NCBI GenBank assembly: GCA_030043855.1
Contig: JASHWW010000005.1
Location: 9,088 to 73,087 of the forward strand
Origin: Thermoplasmata archaeon
GTDB taxonomy: Archaea > Thermoplasmatota > Thermoplasmata > Lutacidiplasmatales > UBA184
DNA: 64,000 bases
Direction of reading: 5' to 3'
Below are positions 19,094 to 28,302 of this stretch, piece by piece; within the stretch, counting starts at the first letter, position 1; every line of letters begins with the position of its first letter. Below the pieces are notes generated by a model. That model had not been told where the DNA came from. It made no database searches and worked only from the letters and a program-made list of their open reading frames with translations. The position numbers were made by a program, and so were the translations under genes.

Positions 19094-20686
19094 ATGCCGG
19101 AAGTCGTCATCACCTGCGATTGGACGATGATGAGCAACCACCACGGGAAGGAATTCCTGGGGTTCGGGACGACGACGCCGGCCTACGTCTTCCCGGAGAC
19201 CGTCTACCAGCGCCTCTTCTACCCGGAGATGCCGGTCGACGAGCACGGCTACCCCGTCCAGGCCCCGTACGGGATGCGGAAGATCGAGGCGGCCCTCATC
19301 GACGGCGGCTTCGACGCCCGGATCGTCCACCCCGGCCACCTGAGCAAGTACATGCCCGGGGAGGCGAAGGTCCTCCTGATCTCGGGCCACGACTACTTCG
19401 GCCTCAACCCGCCGAGCTCCACGTTCGGCGGCGTCATGAAGCGCGAGCCGCTGAATTCGGTGAACTTCAAGCGGATGCTCACCCAGCCCGCCGTCGTCGA
19501 AGCCCGCAAGCGGGGCCTCAAGATCATCGCGGGGGGGCCGTGCGCGTGGCAACTGTCGCCCGCCACCCGCCAGAAGCTCCCGTTCGTCCAGGAGTTCCTC
19601 GACTCGTTCGGCGGCGTCGACACCGTCGTGGAGGGGGAGAGCGACCTGTTCGTCCGCGACATCGTCGCGAAGGCGCTCCGGGACGAGTTCCTCCCGCCGC
19701 ACGTCGTCCTCGCCGCGAAGGAGGCGCCGAAGGTCGAGCAGATCTCGTCGATCAAGTTCCCCAGCGTCAATGGCCTGATCGAGATCGGGCGCGGGTGCTG
19801 CCGCGGCTGCTCGTTCTGCTCGGTGACGACCCGCCCGACCCGCTGGTACCCCCTCGACAAGGTCGAGGAGGAGCTGAAGGTCAACGCGAAGCTCGGGATC
19901 CGCAAGGGGATCCTGCACTCCGACGACGTGTTCTTCTACGGCAGCCCGAACGTGATGCCGCACGAGGAGAAGCTGATCCCCCTCCTCCAGCTCGCCAAGC
20001 GGTACTACCAGCAGGTCGGATGGAGCCACGTGGCCGTCGCGTCGTTGATGACGAAGCCGAAGCTCCTCTCGAAGTGCGCCGAGGTCCTGATCGACGACAA
20101 CCAGAGCTGGTGGGGCGTCGAGGTCGGTGTCGAGACGGGATCTCCGCGGATGATCACCGCCGCGATGCCGGGGAAGGTCGCCCCGTTCAAGGCGTCGCAG
20201 TGGCCCGAGCTCGTCGTCCAGGCGGCTGGGCTGATGAACGACAACCACGTCTATCCGGCGTGCACGTTCATTGTCGGCCTCCCGCAGGAGACGGAGGACG
20301 ACGTCCAGCGGACGATCGACCTGATCGACGACCTCTGGGACTTCAAGGCGATCCTCGTCCCGATGTTCTTCGTTCCGCTCGGGCACCTGAAGAGCCGCGA
20401 CTGGTTCCGGCGCGACCGCCTCTCCCCGCTCCAGGAGGAGCTGCTGAAGCGCGCGCTGTCGCACGGGCTCCGGCAGTCGAAGGTGATGCTGAACGACTTC
20501 TTCGACTGGGAGGGGTCGCACACGCGGCTCTACCGCGGCGCCTTCCGCAGCTTCATCGGGTTCCTCGACGTGATCGCGAAGATGCACGGGCTGACGAGCG
20601 AGCCGCACCGGCCCGGCCGCGCGATCGTCGACCCGAACCGGTCGCCGGACCACCTGCCGGTGCCGACGATCCCGGTCCGCGAGTGA
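19094..20686 (+). CDS. Radical SAM protein with an N-terminal COG1032-type (B12-binding-like) domain
   Basis: GRGCCRGCSFCS contains the CxxxCxxC radical-SAM cluster site. The N-terminal 200 aa (GMRKIEAALIDGGFDARIVHP...KVLLISGHDYFG) resemble the Rossmann-like cap of the 'Fe-S oxidoreductase' radical SAM class. RBS gaggtgaggtgg lies 9 nt before the ATG; TATA cgcataaaaagg lies about 50 nt upstream. Confidence 0.8.
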   Translation: MPEVVITCDWTMMSNHHGKEFLGFGTTTPAYVFPETVYQRLFYPEMPVDEHGYPVQAPYGMRKIEAALIDGGFDARIVHPGHLSKYMPGEAKVLLISGHDYFGLNPPSSTFGGVMKREPLNSVNFKRMLTQPAVVEARKRGLKIIAGGPCAWQLSPATRQKLPFVQEFLDSFGGVDTVVEGESDLFVRDIVAKALRDEFLPPHVVLAAKEAPKVEQISSIKFPSVNGLIEIGRGCCRGCSFCSVTTRPTRWYPLDKVEEELKVNAKLGIRKGILHSDDVFFYGSPNVMPHEEKLIPLLQLAKRYYQQVGWSHVAVASLMTKPKLLSKCAEVLIDDNQSWWGVEVGVETGSPRMITAAMPGKVAPFKASQWPELVVQAAGLMNDNHVYPACTFIVGLPQETEDDVQRTIDLIDDLWDFKAILVPMFFVPLGHLKSRDWFRRDRLSPLQEELLKRALSHGLRQSKVMLNDFFDWEGSHTRLYRGAFRSFIGFLDVIAKMHGLTSEPHRPGRAIVDPNRSPDHLPVPTIPVRE

Positions 20687-20696
20687 GCCGCTCGGG

Positions 20697-21224
20697 CTAC
20701 TCCTGATCCGCCGGGAGTGCCGGTCGCCCGGCCCGATGCACCGGTCGGGGACGGTACTCGGCGATCGGACCGTCGTCGTCGGCGCCTCCATGGCCCTCGA
20801 CCACCGAGAGGCTCCGTTCCTGCGCGTTGCCGTCGTACGCCCGCCACGACCCGGGCCCGAACGGGGCGCCGAGGATCACGTGGCGGCTCCCCCAGTTCCG
20901 GAACAGCTGCTGGTCCGCTTCGGACGGGTGGAGCGCGCCCGACGGATGGGAGTGGACCGTCCCGACCACCGACAGGTCGGCCGGCAGCATGTAGAGGCGG
21001 AAGTTGGCGTGGCGTCGGCCGGCGGTCGTCCCCGGCAGCAGCAGCAGCTCGCCGATGACCCCGGGCGGGTCGGCCCGGAGCACCCCGCCGAACTCGTTCG
21101 GATACGCCGAGCGCGCGCTCGCGAGCGCGCTCGAAAGGACGCGCCGCGAGATCGCGGTCGCGGGCGCCCCCAGGCGCGGGGCGTCGTCGGCCCGCCTACG
21201 CTGCGGGCGGAAGATCGGCGCCAC
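20697..21224 (-). CDS. JAMM/MPN+ metalloprotease-family protein
   Basis: GTVHSHPSGALHPSEAD is the JAMM motif HxHx7Sx2D. A glutamate (NEFGGVL) lies upstream. Confidence 0.7.
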   Translation of the reverse strand: MAPIFRPQRRRADDAPRLGAPATAISRRVLSSALASARSAYPNEFGGVLRADPPGVIGELLLLPGTTAGRRHANFRLYMLPADLSVVGTVHSHPSGALHPSEADQQLFRNWGSRHVILGAPFGPGSWRAYDGNAQERSLSVVEGHGGADDDGPIAEYRPRPVHRAGRPALPADQE

Positions 21225-22071
21225 GGCGGTCCGACCCGGCCTCCTCGCTCCAGGGAAGGATCCCCTTCCCGCGGAGCCGCTCGAAGTACTGGGAGCCGAA
21301 CCGGACCAGGGTCGCCCGGCGGGGCGAGCGGTAGAGGGTGACCTCTCCGTCGCGCCGGAGGGGGATCTCCTCCTGGCCGTCGAGGATCACGACCGCTCCG
21401 GGGTCGGCGTCGAGCGGACGCAGGCGGATCGTGTGGAGCGGGTCGACGACGATTGCCCGGGCCTGGACGCGGAACGGCGCGATCGCGGTGACGACGATCG
21501 CCTCGAGCGACGGGTCGACGATCGGGCCCAGCGAACTGAGCGAGTACGCGGTCGAACCGGTCGGGGTGGCGACGATCACCCCGTCGGCGCGGATCTCCCC
21601 CACCACGTGGCGGTCGACCGCGATCTCGAACAGTCCCATCTTGCCCACCGCGGCGGAGTGGACGACGAACTCGTTCGTCACGTCGGCGGTCGGGTGCCCG
21701 TCGACCTCGGCGGCGAGCTTCATCCGCTCCTCGAGCGAATACCGCCCCGAGAGGAGCCGCTCGAGGGCCCCGTCCACGTCGTCGGGAGCGCCCTTCCCGA
21801 CCCCGGCGAGGACCCCCACCGTCCCGGCGTTGATCGGGAGGAGGGGCGCCTCCGAGCGCCGGAGCGTGTAGAGGAACGTCCCGTCGCCGCCGATCGCGAT
21901 CAGCACGTCGGGGCGCAGCTCGCCGAGCGGCCGGTGGGGCCGGTCCGGGGCGAGCGCGTTCACCTCCGTGCTGAGCTCGACCTCCGCCCGGTCGCCGATC
22001 CGCTCGAGCACGTGCGCGGCGAGGCGCAGCGCCTCGGGCTTGCCGGGATTCGCGGTCAGGCCGAGCTTCAC
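21196..22071 (-). CDS. nadK: NAD kinase
   Basis: VSVKLGLTANPGKPEAL...LIAIGGDGTFLY...DGVIVATPTGSTAYSLS carry the NAD kinase GGDG and NE/D motifs. GTG start overlaps the suhB stop, with GGAGG 10 nt upstream. The upstream 200 codons of the ORF are Arg-rich shadow. Confidence 0.8.
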   Translation of the reverse strand: MKLGLTANPGKPEALRLAAHVLERIGDRAEVELSTEVNALAPDRPHRPLGELRPDVLIAIGGDGTFLYTLRRSEAPLLPINAGTVGVLAGVGKGAPDDVDGALERLLSGRYSLEERMKLAAEVDGHPTADVTNEFVVHSAAVGKMGLFEIAVDRHVVGEIRADGVIVATPTGSTAYSLSSLGPIVDPSLEAIVVTAIAPFRVQARAIVVDPLHTIRLRPLDADPGAVVILDGQEEIPLRRDGEVTLYRSPRRATLVRFGSQYFERLRGKGILPWSEEAGSDRRGADLPPAA

Positions 22072-22880
22072 AGATACCCGGCCTCCGCGGCGTACTGCAG
22101 GAACGCCCGGTCGCCGAAGCCGAGGACGGTCGTGCGCTGCTCGACGCCGAGCGGGAACTGCTCGAGCGAGCGTCCGCTCGCGTCCGTCACCCCGCCCCCG
22201 GCTTCGGCCAGGATCCGGTAGCCCGCCGCGATATCGGTCGCGCGGAGGTTCCGGCCGTCGGCGGAGTTCTCGAACACGTAGGCGTCCGCGCTCCCTTGCG
22301 CCACCATCAGCATCTCGAACGAGGCGCATCCGAGCGAGCGGATCCGTCGGGCCTTCCCGGCGAGCCGTTGGGCCCGTTCGGTCGCCGGGGTGCCCAGGTT
22401 CACGCAGAGGATCTCCGAGCGGGGGCTCCAGCCCCGAGTACGGATCGGGCGTCCGTCGCGGTAGGCGCCGCCTCCGCGGACCGCCCAGTACGTCGCGCCC
22501 CGGTACAGGTCCCGGACCAGCCCGAGGTCGATTCCGCCGAGGGTCTCCCGACCGAGCGCGAGCGACACCGTCGAGAACGGCAGGTGGCGGAGCGCGTTCG
22601 TGGTCCCGTCGATTGGGTCGACGACGAGCGTCCGCTCGCCGCCGCGCCGGACCGTCCCGATCTCCTCGGAGACGAGGTTCCAATCGACGCCCTCGGCGTC
22701 GAGCATGCGCAGGATCTCCGACTCCGCGGCCCGGTCGAGCTCCTCGGTCGGCGTCCCGTCGGCGCCCATCGCGACGACGTCCGCCCGATGGGGCGCGCTC
22801 TCCGCGTCCCGGACGACCTGCTGGACCGCGAGGCTGATCCGGACGAGAACTTCGAGCTCGGCGCGGAACGCCTCCGGCAC
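22068..22880 (-). CDS. suhB: Inositol monophosphatase / fructose-1,6-bisphosphatase family (archaeal IMPase/FBPase, possible NADP phosphatase)
   Basis: EELDRAAESEILRML...LVVDPIDGTTNALRHLPFSTVSLAL...WAVRGGGAY show the IMPase fold. GTG start at 22878-22880 with a TATA-like ctttatcgag about 33 nt upstream. An alternative ATG (MGADG) lies 37 codons downstream. Confidence 0.75.
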   Translation of the reverse strand: MPEAFRAELEVLVRISLAVQQVVRDAESAPHRADVVAMGADGTPTEELDRAAESEILRMLDAEGVDWNLVSEEIGTVRRGGERTLVVDPIDGTTNALRHLPFSTVSLALGRETLGGIDLGLVRDLYRGATYWAVRGGGAYRDGRPIRTRGWSPRSEILCVNLGTPATERAQRLAGKARRIRSLGCASFEMLMVAQGSADAYVFENSADGRNLRATDIAAGYRILAEAGGGVTDASGRSLEQFPLGVEQRTTVLGFGDRAFLQYAAEAGYL

Positions 22881-22979
22881 GACGCCGGGACGGTCGGTCC
22901 TCTCGATAAAGCCGCCTTCGCCGGCGGGAGCGCCCGTCTCCCGGCGTGACGTTAAATGGCGGTGCCGCTCGGGCGGCCG

Positions 22980-24212
22980 ATGGAACTCCAATTCCTCGGC
23001 GGCGCGAGCGAGATCGGCTCGCTGGGGCTGGTCGTCCGGGACGCCGGACGGACGCTGTTGTTCGACTACGGGATGACGCCGACGGACCCGCCGTCGTACC
23101 CGCGGCCCGCCCCGACGAACGTCGACCTCGCGTTCCTCTCCCACGCCCACCTCGACCACTCGGGGATGACGCCGCTCCTGAGCCGGCTGCCGAAGGCGCG
23201 CCTGATCGCGACTCCCGTGACGATCGCCGTCGCGGACCTGCTCACCAAGGACGCCCTCAAGGTCGCGCGGCTGGAAGGCTACCTGGCCCCGTACACTCCG
23301 TCGGACATCCACTCGCTGCACGCGAAGTTCACGGCCGTCGATCGGCACGGGACGTTCCGGCACCGGGGCATCGAGGTCGAGTTCACGCCCGCGGGCCACA
23401 TCCCGGGGGCCTCGATGCTCCTGTACCGGGGCGAGAAGGACGTCCTGTTCACCGGCGACCTGCAGACGATCCCGACGCATCTGGTCGGCGGCGCGGAACC
23501 CCTCGAGACCGACGTGCTCGTGATGGAGTCGACGTACGCGGGTCGGGAGCACCCCGACCGGCGGGAGACGGAACGGCGGTTCCGGGACAAGGTCGCGGAG
23601 ACGATCGCGCGCGGCGGCAAGGCGATCGTCCCGGCCTTCGCCGTCGGCCGGGCCCAGGAGGTGCTGATGTCGCTCGCGTCCTCGGGATTCGAGACGTACC
23701 TCGACGGCATGGCCCGGTCGGTGAACGAGATCTACGAGGCGGCCCCCGAGTACCTCGCGGACGCCCGAAAGTTCCGGCGGGCCCTCGAAGGGGTCCACGT
23801 CGTCGAGCACCCCGGCGATCGCAAGAAGGCGTTGCGGGAGGCCGAAGTGATCGTCACCACCGGCGGGATGCTCGACGGCGGGCCCGTCCTCTACTACATC
23901 GGCGAGATGTACCGCGACGCGAAGAGCTCGATCCTGCTCACGGGGTTCCAGGTCGAAGGATCGAACGGACGGCAGCTGATGGACGAGGGGACCCTCACCA
24001 TCGACGACACGACCATCCACCCGTCGTGCGAGGTCGGAAAGTTCGACTTTTCCGCCCACGCGGGCCACTCCGACCTCGTCCGGATCGCGCGCGAATCTCG
24101 GGCGAAGAAGGTCGTGCTGATGCACGGCGACCACCGCGAACCGCTGCGCGAGGCGCTCGAGGGGTTCTGCGAAGTCGTCCTGCCCGAGAACGGCAAGGCG
24201 TTCAGCGTTTAG
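22980..24212 (+). CDS. Beta-CASP family metallo-beta-lactamase-fold ribonuclease (aCPSF2 / RNase J-like)
   Basis: MELQFLGGASEIGSLGLVV...FLSHAHLDHSG (HxHxDH) is followed by beta-CASP motifs (...TGGMLDGGPV...FSAHAGHSDL). TATA-like cgttaaatgg sits about 27 nt upstream of the ATG. Confidence 0.8.
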   Translation: MELQFLGGASEIGSLGLVVRDAGRTLLFDYGMTPTDPPSYPRPAPTNVDLAFLSHAHLDHSGMTPLLSRLPKARLIATPVTIAVADLLTKDALKVARLEGYLAPYTPSDIHSLHAKFTAVDRHGTFRHRGIEVEFTPAGHIPGASMLLYRGEKDVLFTGDLQTIPTHLVGGAEPLETDVLVMESTYAGREHPDRRETERRFRDKVAETIARGGKAIVPAFAVGRAQEVLMSLASSGFETYLDGMARSVNEIYEAAPEYLADARKFRRALEGVHVVEHPGDRKKALREAEVIVTTGGMLDGGPVLYYIGEMYRDAKSSILLTGFQVEGSNGRQLMDEGTLTIDDTTIHPSCEVGKFDFSAHAGHSDLVRIARESRAKKVVLMHGDHREPLREALEGFCEVVLPENGKAFSV

Positions 24213-25296
24213 AGCGGCCCGAACGACGGCGGCGCGGACGAGGTTCCTCGTCCTCGGCCGCAACGTCGACCTCTCGCCCCGCGGCCAGCTCCGGAGGAGT
24301 TTCCTCCAGGGCCTCCTGCAGGGGCGGCAGGGCCCCGGTCGGACGAACCTGGCGGCGGATCTCGGCCCAGAGGGCGTCGACTCCCTCCCCGGTCCGGGCC
24401 GAGACGTGGGGGCGGTCGTTCTCCCGCTGCACCAGATCGGATTTCGTCTCGACCGCCACGATCGGGAGCGTCGGGTACTCCTCCCGCCAGCGCTGGAGCA
24501 GGCCCTCCTGTTCGGCCATCGAGTATCCCGAGCTCTCGGACGGGTCCAGCACGAAGAGCACGACGGTGGCCGCCGAATGGACCGCGGTCGTCGCCTCGGA
24601 CTCGGCGGGATTCTCCTTCCCCCGCCGCCCGAGCACCCCCGGTGTGTCCAGCACCTGGAGTCGGTCGAACCCGAGGTCGGCGTGCCCGACCTGCAGCGCG
24701 AGCGTCGTGAACGGGTAGTCGGCGACCTTCGGGTGGGCGGACGAGAGGCGAGCCACGAGCGACGACTTGCCGACGTTGGGGAACCCCGCCACGACCAGGG
24801 TCGGCGCCCCCGGCTCGAGCCGGGGTCGGTCGTCCAGGAACGCCGCCATGTCGCGCAGCCGCAGGAGGTCGGGATCGACCTCGCGGACGAAGCTCGACAG
24901 GCGCCCGTAGTACGACCGAACGATGTCGCCCAGCTCCTCGGACCCGGAGGCGCGCTGGACGGCCCGTTCCGTCGGGCGCGCGAGTCCCCGGATCCGCTCC
25001 TCGGCGCGGCGCACGCGCACGAGCGAACGGTCGAGGGTGCCCGGCCCGAACCGGCCGTCGATCAGCGCCCGCTCGAAGTCGGTCGGCTTCGGTTGGAGGA
25101 ATCGTCGCGTCTCCAACCGGAGGTGCCGGATGACGGTTGCCGTACTGCGAACGACCTTGAGCTGGGCCCGAAGCCGGTCGCGCGCCGCCTTCGTCTCGCC
25201 GTGGGGCGTGGCGAGCGACGCCCGACGGAACGCCGTGTCGAGGATGGCAACGGACGGCGGCGGCGCGGACGGTGTGGAGGATCGGCGTCGCGGCAT
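24202..25296 (-). CDS. NOG1-family GTP-binding protein
   Basis: G1 GFPNVGKSSL, G2 FTT, G3 DTPG, G4 TKSD, with the N-terminal NOG1 helical domain (ILDTAFRRASL...LETRRFLQ). ATG at 25294-25296. Confidence 0.75.
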   Translation of the reverse strand: MPRRRSSTPSAPPPSVAILDTAFRRASLATPHGETKAARDRLRAQLKVVRSTATVIRHLRLETRRFLQPKPTDFERALIDGRFGPGTLDRSLVRVRRAEERIRGLARPTERAVQRASGSEELGDIVRSYYGRLSSFVREVDPDLLRLRDMAAFLDDRPRLEPGAPTLVVAGFPNVGKSSLVARLSSAHPKVADYPFTTLALQVGHADLGFDRLQVLDTPGVLGRRGKENPAESEATTAVHSAATVVLFVLDPSESSGYSMAEQEGLLQRWREEYPTLPIVAVETKSDLVQRENDRPHVSARTGEGVDALWAEIRRQVRPTGALPPLQEALEETPPELAAGREVDVAAEDEEPRPRRRRSGRSKR

Positions 25297-25446
25297 GACC
25301 GACGGGGGCGTCCGGGGGAGGGGGACCGGCGGAAGAGGATTGTCACCCGCGCCCCGGACCCCGGCCGCGCGGGTCGCCGTTCCGGCCCGCTCGACCCCGA
25401 ACGCCTTTTGAGCGCCCCACCGCTCGGTCGGCTCCGGGGAAGCGAC

Positions 25447-26826
25447 GTGCCTCGGTGGATCTCCGACGAGGGTGGGGAGGAGGCGGCCCTCCTGGCCGCT
25501 CTCGGCATCTCCTCGGTCGAGGAGTTGTTCACCGACGTTCCCAAGAAGGCCCGGATCGGACGGATGGGCGTCGGGCCCGGGCACGAGGAGCCCGAGGTCG
25601 TCCGGGAGATCGACAAAATCCTCGACCGCAACCGACCCCTCTCGAAGTTCGCGGCGTTCGTCGGCGGTCGCTTCCAGAGCCGCTACGTCCCAGCGGCCGT
25701 CGATGCGATCCTCTCCCGCAGCGAATTCTACACGTCGTACACGCCGTACCAACCCGAGGCGAGCCAGGGGATGCTCCGGGCGCTGTTCGAATTCCAGAGC
25801 CTCTGGGTCGAGCTGACCGGCCTGGACGTCGCCAACGCGTCGCTCTACGACGGGGCGACCGCTGCGGGCGAGGGCCTGCTCTTCGCGCGTCGGCTGCACG
25901 AGGGCCACCGGTTCCTCGTACCCGCGAGCCTCCCGTGGGAGGAGCGCAGCGTCCTCGAGAACTACGCGAGCGGGCCCGGACTCACGGTCGAGTCGATCCC
26001 CTACGACGAGCGGACCGGTTGCCTCGACCTCGACTTCGTCCGCACCGCCGTCCGGTCGGGCGACGTCTTCGGGGTCCTCGCCGACGTCCCGAACGGGTTC
26101 GGCCACCTCGACGAAGGTCTCGTGGAGTTGAAGCCGATCCTCGGCGACGTGCCGCTGGTCGTCTCCGCCGATCCGCTCTCGTTGACGGTCCTGGAGGCGC
26201 CGGGCCGGTACGGAGCGGACGTGGTCGTCGGGGAGGGACAGGGGTTCGGCATCGCCCCGTCGTTCGGCGGGCCGGCGCTCGGACTGTTCGCGTGTCGGAA
26301 GGAGCACGTGCGGATGGCGCCCGGCCGGATCGCGGGTGCGACCCTCGACTCGGAGGGCCGGCGGGCGTACGCCCTCACTCTCCAGACGCGGGAACAACAC
26401 ATCCGTCGCTCCCGCGCGACCTCCAACATCTGCACGAACGAATCGTTGATGGCCCTCGCGTTCGTCGTCTACGCGAGCGTCGTCGGGCCGCGGGGACTCG
26501 CGGCGCTGCAGTCCTCCCTGGCCGAGAAGGCGCGCACCCTCGCGAGCGCCCTCGGGAGCGTTCCGGGGCTGCAGGCGCCCCGGTTCGAGGCGCCCTACCT
26601 CTGCGACTTCACGGTGGAACTCCGCTCCGGTACGGCCCGTGCGTTCCTCGACCGGCTCCGGCGACGGAAGGTCTTGGGCGGTGTCCCGCTCGCGGATCCC
26701 CGGCCGGGACGGTCGTCCGGCCCGGAACGGATCCTCGTCTCGGCGACGCCCACGATCGGGGAGAAGGAGATCCAGAAGTACGCGGCGGCCGCGCGGGCGG
26801 CGCTGTCCGGGGGGGGCGCGTCGTGA
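25447..26826 (+). CDS. gcvPA: Glycine dehydrogenase (decarboxylating) subunit 1
   Basis: SYTPYQPEASQGMLRALFEFQSLWVELTGLDVANASLYDGATAAGE is the diagnostic P-protein N-half. GTG start. Confidence 0.85.
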   Translation: MPRWISDEGGEEAALLAALGISSVEELFTDVPKKARIGRMGVGPGHEEPEVVREIDKILDRNRPLSKFAAFVGGRFQSRYVPAAVDAILSRSEFYTSYTPYQPEASQGMLRALFEFQSLWVELTGLDVANASLYDGATAAGEGLLFARRLHEGHRFLVPASLPWEERSVLENYASGPGLTVESIPYDERTGCLDLDFVRTAVRSGDVFGVLADVPNGFGHLDEGLVELKPILGDVPLVVSADPLSLTVLEAPGRYGADVVVGEGQGFGIAPSFGGPALGLFACRKEHVRMAPGRIAGATLDSEGRRAYALTLQTREQHIRRSRATSNICTNESLMALAFVVYASVVGPRGLAALQSSLAEKARTLASALGSVPGLQAPRFEAPYLCDFTVELRSGTARAFLDRLRRRKVLGGVPLADPRPGRSSGPERILVSATPTIGEKEIQKYAAAARAALSGGGAS

Positions 26827-28286
26827 GCTTCCGGCAGGCGCGCTGGGACGAGCCGTCCATCTGGGACCTCGCCCCGTCCGACCCCGGCCCGGTGCCCGAG
26901 GTCCCCGGAGTCCCCGAGCGACTCCGGCGGAAGGAGGGTCTGCGCTGGCCCGAGCTCTCCGAGCTCGAAGTCGTCCGGCATTACACGCGCCTGTCGCAGA
27001 TGAACTTCGGGATCGACACCTCGCCGTACGCCCTCGGGTCGTGCACGATGAAGTACAACCCGAAGGTCTCCGAGCAGCTCGCTCGGCGACCGGGGGCGGC
27101 CGACCTTCACCCGTACCAACCGGTGGAGACGGTCCAGGGCGCCCTCGAGGTCGTCTGGCGGCTCGAGCGAATCCTGGCGAAAGTCACGGGACTACCCGAG
27201 GTCTCGCTGCAGCCCGCCGCGGGGGCCCACGGGGAGTACGCGGCGCTCCTGATGGTGCGGGCCTACTTCCGCGATCGCGGGGAGCTCGCCCAGCGCACCG
27301 AGGTGTTGTTGCCCGACACCGCGCACGGGACCAATCCCGCCTCGGCCAGTATGGCGGGGTTCACGACGCGGGAGATCCCCTCGAAGGACGGTTGCGTCGA
27401 CCTTGCGGCACTGCGCGCCGCGGTCTCGGACCGGACGGCCTGCTTCATGCTCACCAACCCGAACACGGCCGGCCTGTTCGAGTCCGAGATCCTCGAGATC
27501 GCGGCGACCGTCCACGGCGCCGGCGGGATGCTCTACTACGACGGGGCGAACCTGAACGCGATCCTGGGGATCACCCATCCCGGCCGGATGGGGTTCGATG
27601 TCGCGCACCTGAACCTGCACAAGACGTTCGCGACGCCCCACGGCGGAGGCGGCCCCGGCGCCGGCGTGCTCGCCGCCGGGGAGACGCTGGCCCCGTACCT
27701 GCCGGTCCCGCGGGTCGTGAAGCGGGGACGGGCGTTCTCGCTCGACTACGACCGGCCGAAATCGATCGGGAAGATTCGCGCCGGCTACGGGAGCTTCGGG
27801 CTCGACCTGCGAGCGTACGCCTTCGCGATCACGCACGGCGAGGAGGGACTGAAGCACGTCTCCCGGCGGGCCGTCCTCAACTCGAACTACCTCGGATCCC
27901 GGATGGGGCGCTACCTGCCCCGGCCGTTCCGGCCCCTGGTGAAACACGAATTCCTGCTCTCGGGGGCCCCGCTCAAGGAGAAGGGCGTCCGGACGTTGGA
28001 CCTCGCGAAGCGCCTCCTCGACGAGGGCGTGCACGCGCCAACGATCTACTTCCCGTCGCTCGTCGAAGAGTCGTTGATGTTCGAGCTCCCCGAGACCGAG
28101 TCGAAACGGGAGCTCGACCGCTACTACGCGGCGTTCGAGCGGGCGGTCACGGACACGCCCGAGCACCTGCACGCGGCGCCCCGGAATCTCGCCGTCTCCC
28201 GCATCGACGAGGTCCGGGCGGCGCGCGAGCCGTTGCTCTCGTGGAAGGACCTGCGCGCCGCGTCCGCAAAGGTTGAAACTCCCTAG
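26823..28286 (+). CDS. gcvPB: Glycine dehydrogenase (decarboxylating) subunit 2
   Basis: VSFRQARWDEPSIWDL...PLGSCTMKYNP...NLHKTFATPHGGGGPG contains the PLP-Lys region. GTG start overlaps the gcvPA stop (GTGA). Confidence 0.85.
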   Translation: MSFRQARWDEPSIWDLAPSDPGPVPEVPGVPERLRRKEGLRWPELSELEVVRHYTRLSQMNFGIDTSPYALGSCTMKYNPKVSEQLARRPGAADLHPYQPVETVQGALEVVWRLERILAKVTGLPEVSLQPAAGAHGEYAALLMVRAYFRDRGELAQRTEVLLPDTAHGTNPASASMAGFTTREIPSKDGCVDLAALRAAVSDRTACFMLTNPNTAGLFESEILEIAATVHGAGGMLYYDGANLNAILGITHPGRMGFDVAHLNLHKTFATPHGGGGPGAGVLAAGETLAPYLPVPRVVKRGRAFSLDYDRPKSIGKIRAGYGSFGLDLRAYAFAITHGEEGLKHVSRRAVLNSNYLGSRMGRYLPRPFRPLVKHEFLLSGAPLKEKGVRTLDLAKRLLDEGVHAPTIYFPSLVEESLMFELPETESKRELDRYYAAFERAVTDTPEHLHAAPRNLAVSRIDEVRAAREPLLSWKDLRAASAKVETP

Positions 28287-28302
28287 CGGCTCCCGCCGGC
28301 CG

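Noticed and set aside
22767-22769. ATG (MGADG) as the suhB start
   Set aside because: It would remove about 37 residues that align with the conserved IMPase N-terminal helix. The GTG at 22880 has a TATA-like box at about -33. Kept as an alternative only.
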